Below are positions 59,374 through 64,000 of a DNA stretch of 64,000 nt, one piece after another; position 1 is the first letter of the stretch; each line of letters starts with the position of its first letter. Where the stretch lies: the NCBI GenBank assembly GCA_013265495.1, contig MU059662.1, forward strand, positions 1,302,001-1,366,000, read 5' to 3'. The notes under the pieces were generated by a model. The model saw only the letters and a list, made by a program, of their open reading frames with translations. It did no database searches and had not been told where the DNA came from. This DNA is from Vicugna vicugna. Its lineage: Eukaryota. Made by a program: the position numbers and the translations under genes.

Positions 59374-62300
59374 GAATCTTTTAAGTTTTTGTTTAACAGT
59401 TATCTCAATGCGCTTTTAATTTGCATTATCATGATGACTAAAGAAGGCGAACACTCTTTTGTGTGTTTATAGACCAGAAAGATAGTCCTTTTTGTGAAAT
59501 GCCTGTACAAGCCTTTTGCCCATTTTTCTATCATCTTCTTTCTTTTACTTGACTTATTGGAATTCTTCCTATGTACTGGACAGAAGTCCTTTGCCAGTAA
59601 TATGTCAGAAAATATCTTCTTCCCTTCTGTGACTTGACTTTCCACTGTCTTAATAGTGTCTTTTCATTAACAGAAATACTTGATTTGAGTGTAGTCTAAT
59701 TTTCAATATTTCCCTTAATGTTAGTGCCATTATGTCCTGTTCAATAAACATTTGCCTTCCCCAGTCACAAAGATACTCTCCACTGCTGTATTCTAGAATC
59801 TTTAATATTTTACTTTTCATATAGTGAGAGGTAAGAAGCAAGATTGATTTTTCCCATATGGATATCCAGTTGCCACTGCACTGTTTATTGAAAGGATCAT
59901 CATTTTTACTGCTCTGTGATGTCAACATGTAAAAAAAAAACCCAAATCCCCACATGGATATGTGTATCTGTTTCTGGACTTTATTCTGTCTCATTGATCT
60001 ATTTGTCTACCTGTGTGGCAACGTTACACCTTCTTAATGACTGTAGCTTTATATTAAGTTTTGACATCTGGTAATGTAACTCTTCCTACTTTGTTTTTCT
60101 TCTGCACGATTGTATTGGCTATTCTTCACCCTTTGCATTTCTACGTAAAATTTAGAACTAGCTTGTCAGTTTCCACAAAAGAAACCTACTGAGATTTGAT
60201 CGAGATTTCACTGAATCTATGGGTCAGTTCTGGGGGGAACTGACACCTTTATAGTATTGAGTTTTTCAGGCCATAAGCGTATCTTTCCATTTATTTAGGT
60301 CTTTAATTTCAATAATGTTTAATAGATTTCAGCATAGAAGTTTTATTCATCTTTTGTCAAATTTATCCCCAGCCATTTAATGTTTATGGTTTTATAAATG
60401 TCACCACTTTTTAAATTTTGACTTAAAAATTCTTACCGGTATATAAAAATGTTGACCTTGTATCAAGTAACCTTGCTAAGTTCAATTATTCATTCCTATG
60501 GCTTATCTACAGATTCTTGGAAATTTTCTACGCACAATCATGTCATCCACAAATGGTGACAGATTTATTTCTTCCTTTCCAGTCTTTCTACTTTTTTAAT
60601 TTCATTTATTGGCCTTGCTGCACTAACTAGGACCTCCAATACAATGCTGAAGAGAAGCAGAGATAATGGACATCTTTGTCTTATCCATAATCTTGGGCAT
60701 AAAACTTTAAAAATAGTCATCAAGTGTACTGTCGGCTGTGTTTCTTGCATGTAACTTTTATCACATCAAAGGAGTTTCTATCTATTCTTGGTTTACAAAG
60801 AGCTTTTTAAATTTTTAAGTGGATGTTGAGTTTCATCAGTTGCTGCTTCTGCATTTATTGGGATGATCATATGGTTTTGTCCTCTTTTCTGCTAGTGTGG
60901 GAAATCACTTTTTTTTTTTAAAGCCTACTGTATCTTCCTTGAAAAAAAATCCAACGTGGTGGTTATATATTATTCTGTATTTCTGGATTTGGTTAGCTAA
61001 TAATTTACTTAAGAGTATATGTCTATGAAAGAGACTGGTGTGTTCATAGGAGAGATTTTCCTTTCTTAAGCTTTTCCTAGTCAAGTTTTGGCAAGAAGTT
61101 TATGCTGACTTTATAGAAAAGAATCAGGCACTGTTCTGTTTCTTCTGTTCTCTGGAAGACTTTGTGTCAGATTGGTGACAATTCTCTCTTACATGGGAGA
61201 ATGTAATAATTCTTTAAGTTTTATTTGTGGGAAAGGTTTTAGTTATGGATACAATTTCTTTAATGGCTGGGGGAACGTTCAGATTTTCTTTCTCTTCTTG
61301 TGTCTTAGTAGACCCATAATTTGGTAAGTTGTTTTTATCTAATAATTCTTCCATTTTATCGAAATCTTGAAATCTATTAGCATTTAGTTGTTCATAATAT
61401 TCTCTTTAATATCTTTAGGATCTGTAATGATGCTCCCTCATCATTTCTGATATTAGTTATTTGTGCCTTATCTTGTTGTCTTTTAAAAATCAGATTTCTT
61501 GAGATTTATCACTTTTATTCATCCCTCTGAAAATTGACTTTATTGTTTTTATTCTACATTTGTTTTCCATTTCCATTAATTCTGCTGTTACTTCTTTTCT
61601 TTCAAACTTCTTTAAAGAACAAATATGCTGCTCTTTTTAATCTTTAATCTTTTCAGTCCTTTTTCCTTTTTAACTTTTCCTCATTTAAGCCTATCTGGGT
61701 CCTCTAAGCATGACTGTAGCTGTATCCATGCAGGTTTTGATATATTGTGCCTTCATTATCATTTTATGTAGAATGTTTTAAATTTTCATCATTATTTTAA
61801 TTGCAAGCTGAGTCTCTTTAAAAGAATTCTTTATAGTAATAATTTTCCTAAACACTTGGGAATTTTCTAGGTTTTTTTGGGGTGGGTTTTTAGCTTAATT
61901 CCAATATGGTCTGGAATTCAATCTTATGAAATTTGTTGAGATTTTATTTAAGTCATAATACATGGTTCATTTTGACGAATGTTCCAGGTACACATTAAAA
62001 GGTGTGTGTTCTGAAGTTGAAGAGCTCAGTGTGTTATATGTGTCAGTTAGGTCAAAATAGTTAACTGTGTTAACCAAATAGTCTATATCTTCACTGATTT
62101 TTTTGGTCTGCTTGTTTTAAACATTAGTAAGGGGTATGTTAAAATGTGTCAGTGATAATTCTGCTATTTCCCCATTTAGTTCTACTCATTTTTGCTTTAT
62201 ATATTTAAAGGCTATATTATAATAAGGTGCATAAAATATATAGATGATTGTGTTTTCCTATTGGATTTAACTTTTATCACGAAGAAATGTCTCTCGTCAT

Positions 62301-63561
62301 ATTTAGTTAAGTATCTGTTTAAAGTCTACTTTTTTCTGACTTGAATGTAACTACCTGAACTTTTTGTTGTTGTCAGAATTTTCTTAGCATATCTTTTTGT
62401 TCTTTATGTTTTTTTTTAAAGTTTTTCTCTTATAAATAACATATAGTTTTAAAAATTGAATCCAACAATTTTATTTTAATTGGAGCATTTAGTTTTAATT
62501 GGAAAATTTAGTTCACTTACTTTTAATGTAATTACTTATAGATTTGAGTCTAAATCTACCATCTGATGATTTGTTTTCCACTTGTCCCATATGGCCCCTG
62601 CCTTCCTTTGCATTAACTAAATATTTGTTTTATTTCATTTCTCTTTCCTTCCTCCATTGGCTTGTTAGTTTTAGCAGTCAGCCTAAGACCCCTTCCTTGA
62701 CTTATTAAAATCTAGTATAAATTAATAACTTTATCTCTTCCCAGAATTTTAAGGGCCTCAGAACACTTAGTTCAATTTATTTCTCTCCCACCTTTCAGGC
62801 TATTGTCATTTTCCATTTTAATTCTCTATTGGAAACCCTAAAAGACATTTTTATTGTTTTAGGTAGTCAATAATAATTTAATTTGCCCTCATATTTACAT
62901 TTTCTGTAACTCTTCTCAATGTTTCCCTTTTCCTTCTGCTTGAAAAACTTCAAGTTTTGCTTTAGTGTGCACCTGCTGGTAGTGAATTAGCTCAGATTTT
63001 GTCTGCTGAAAGAAAATGTCTTTTTCATTATCTGAAGAATATTTTTCAGTGGAATTTGAGGTTGGCAGTTGCTTTCTTCCAGCACTTTCAAGTGATCGGT
63101 CTGTGGTCTCCTTAATTTCATTATTTCTGTTGAGAAGTCAGGTGTCAATCTTACTGCTTCCCTTGGAAAGTAACTGGCATTTTACCTCTGGTTGCTTTAT
63201 GGACTTTCTCGGTCTTTGATTTTTGGTAGTTTTACAACGATACACCTTGGTGTGGTTTTCCTAGCTCTGTTTAAACCTTAGCATGTCATCTTTCGTATGT
63301 TTCATCATAAAGTTCCTAGCCGGTATCTTTCAAATATTGTTTCTGCCTGTTCTTCTTATCTGTCTTCTTTTTCCTCTTTGTCCTGGATTCCAAATACTTA
63401 TTACATTAGCTTTTTCACCAGAACCCATGTCTCTGATGTTCTTTTCTGTATTTTCAATTCTGTAGGGTTTTTCCCCCCATACTTTTAATCTGGGGTATTT
63501 CATTCTGCTCTATCTTACAGTTCCATAATCTTCCTTCAGCAGTGTCTAAACCCAATTATTT

Positions 63562-63779
63562 ATTTTTTAAACACTTTTACTGTGGTATGGTTTTTGTACA
63601 GTAAATTACACACATTTCAGATGTACAATTTGATGAATTTTGATAGATGTATACACCCATAAACCCACCACATTTCCATCATTCCTCAAGAGGCGCAATT
63701 TTCAAATTCCCAGTTTAGCCCTCCCACTTCCCTTTACCCCCTGGTAACCATAAGTTTGTTCTCTATGTCTGAAAGTCTT
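63562..63779 (-). mobile_element. L1 3' insertion bounded by direct repeats
   Basis: Direct repeat aaacccaattattt at 63548-63561 and 63780-63793, each preceded by gtct(t). The insert is L1 3'UTR-like. Confidence 0.7.
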
Positions 63780-64000
63780 AAACCCAATTATTTGGTTCTT
63801 GCTTTTTACTTACTGTGTTTTAAAATTATTTTTTCCATTTTTACAGCTTTATTGTATCATAATTGACTACAAAGAACTGCATATATTTAAAATATGTATT
63901 TTGATTAAGTTTGATACATGGATACACTCATGAAACCATTACTATAATGAATACAATGAGCATATCCATCAACCCAAAAGTTTCCTCACATCTTTAATCT

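Larger units (their letters stand above)
58135..64000 (-). mobile_element. Composite of old antisense L1 relics (L1M/L1ME-like) with younger nested inserts
   Basis: T-rich strand with L1 ORF2/3'UTR antisense motifs throughout (tggacatctttgtcttatcc, atgtcatccacaaatggtgacag, agaagtggaactactggatcata). Confidence 0.8.

Noticed and set aside
19750-64000. Ortholog of the human intergenic lncRNA upstream of UNC5A, or a processed pseudogene
   Set aside because: No recognisable exon, poly-A-tailed retrocopy or protein similarity was seen. A lncRNA cannot be called from sequence alone.

Overview
Mammalian genomic DNA, most likely a camelid (alpaca or camel), judged from seven copies of a tRNA-derived SINE resembling the camelid Vic-1 family. 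The only recognisable protein-coding sequence is coding exon 1 of the netrin receptor gene UNC5A on the minus strand (18677-18746, signal peptide MAVRPGLWPALLGIVLAAWLHSS-G, then a GTGAGT donor), inside a CpG-island promoter. Bases 1-18676 are part of the long intron 1 and include a second CpG island. Bases ~19,100-64,000 are upstream non-coding DNA: GC-rich and MIR/L2/MaLR-rich to ~53 kb, then an AT-rich block of nested L1 relics with several assembly gaps. I find no evidence of a new multi-gene system, and nearly all ORF-track entries are chance ORFs. The best leads are regulatory: a strong-context uORF in the UNC5A leader, a near-canonical REST/RE1 site ~6 kb upstream, a MER41-like solo LTR with 4-bp TSD and a perfect GAS motif, a promoter-like intragenic CpG island, and a dispersed two-copy homology I cannot assign to a family. 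Repeat family names and human comparisons are from memory of consensus sequences, not from a database search. Old-repeat boundaries are approximate.
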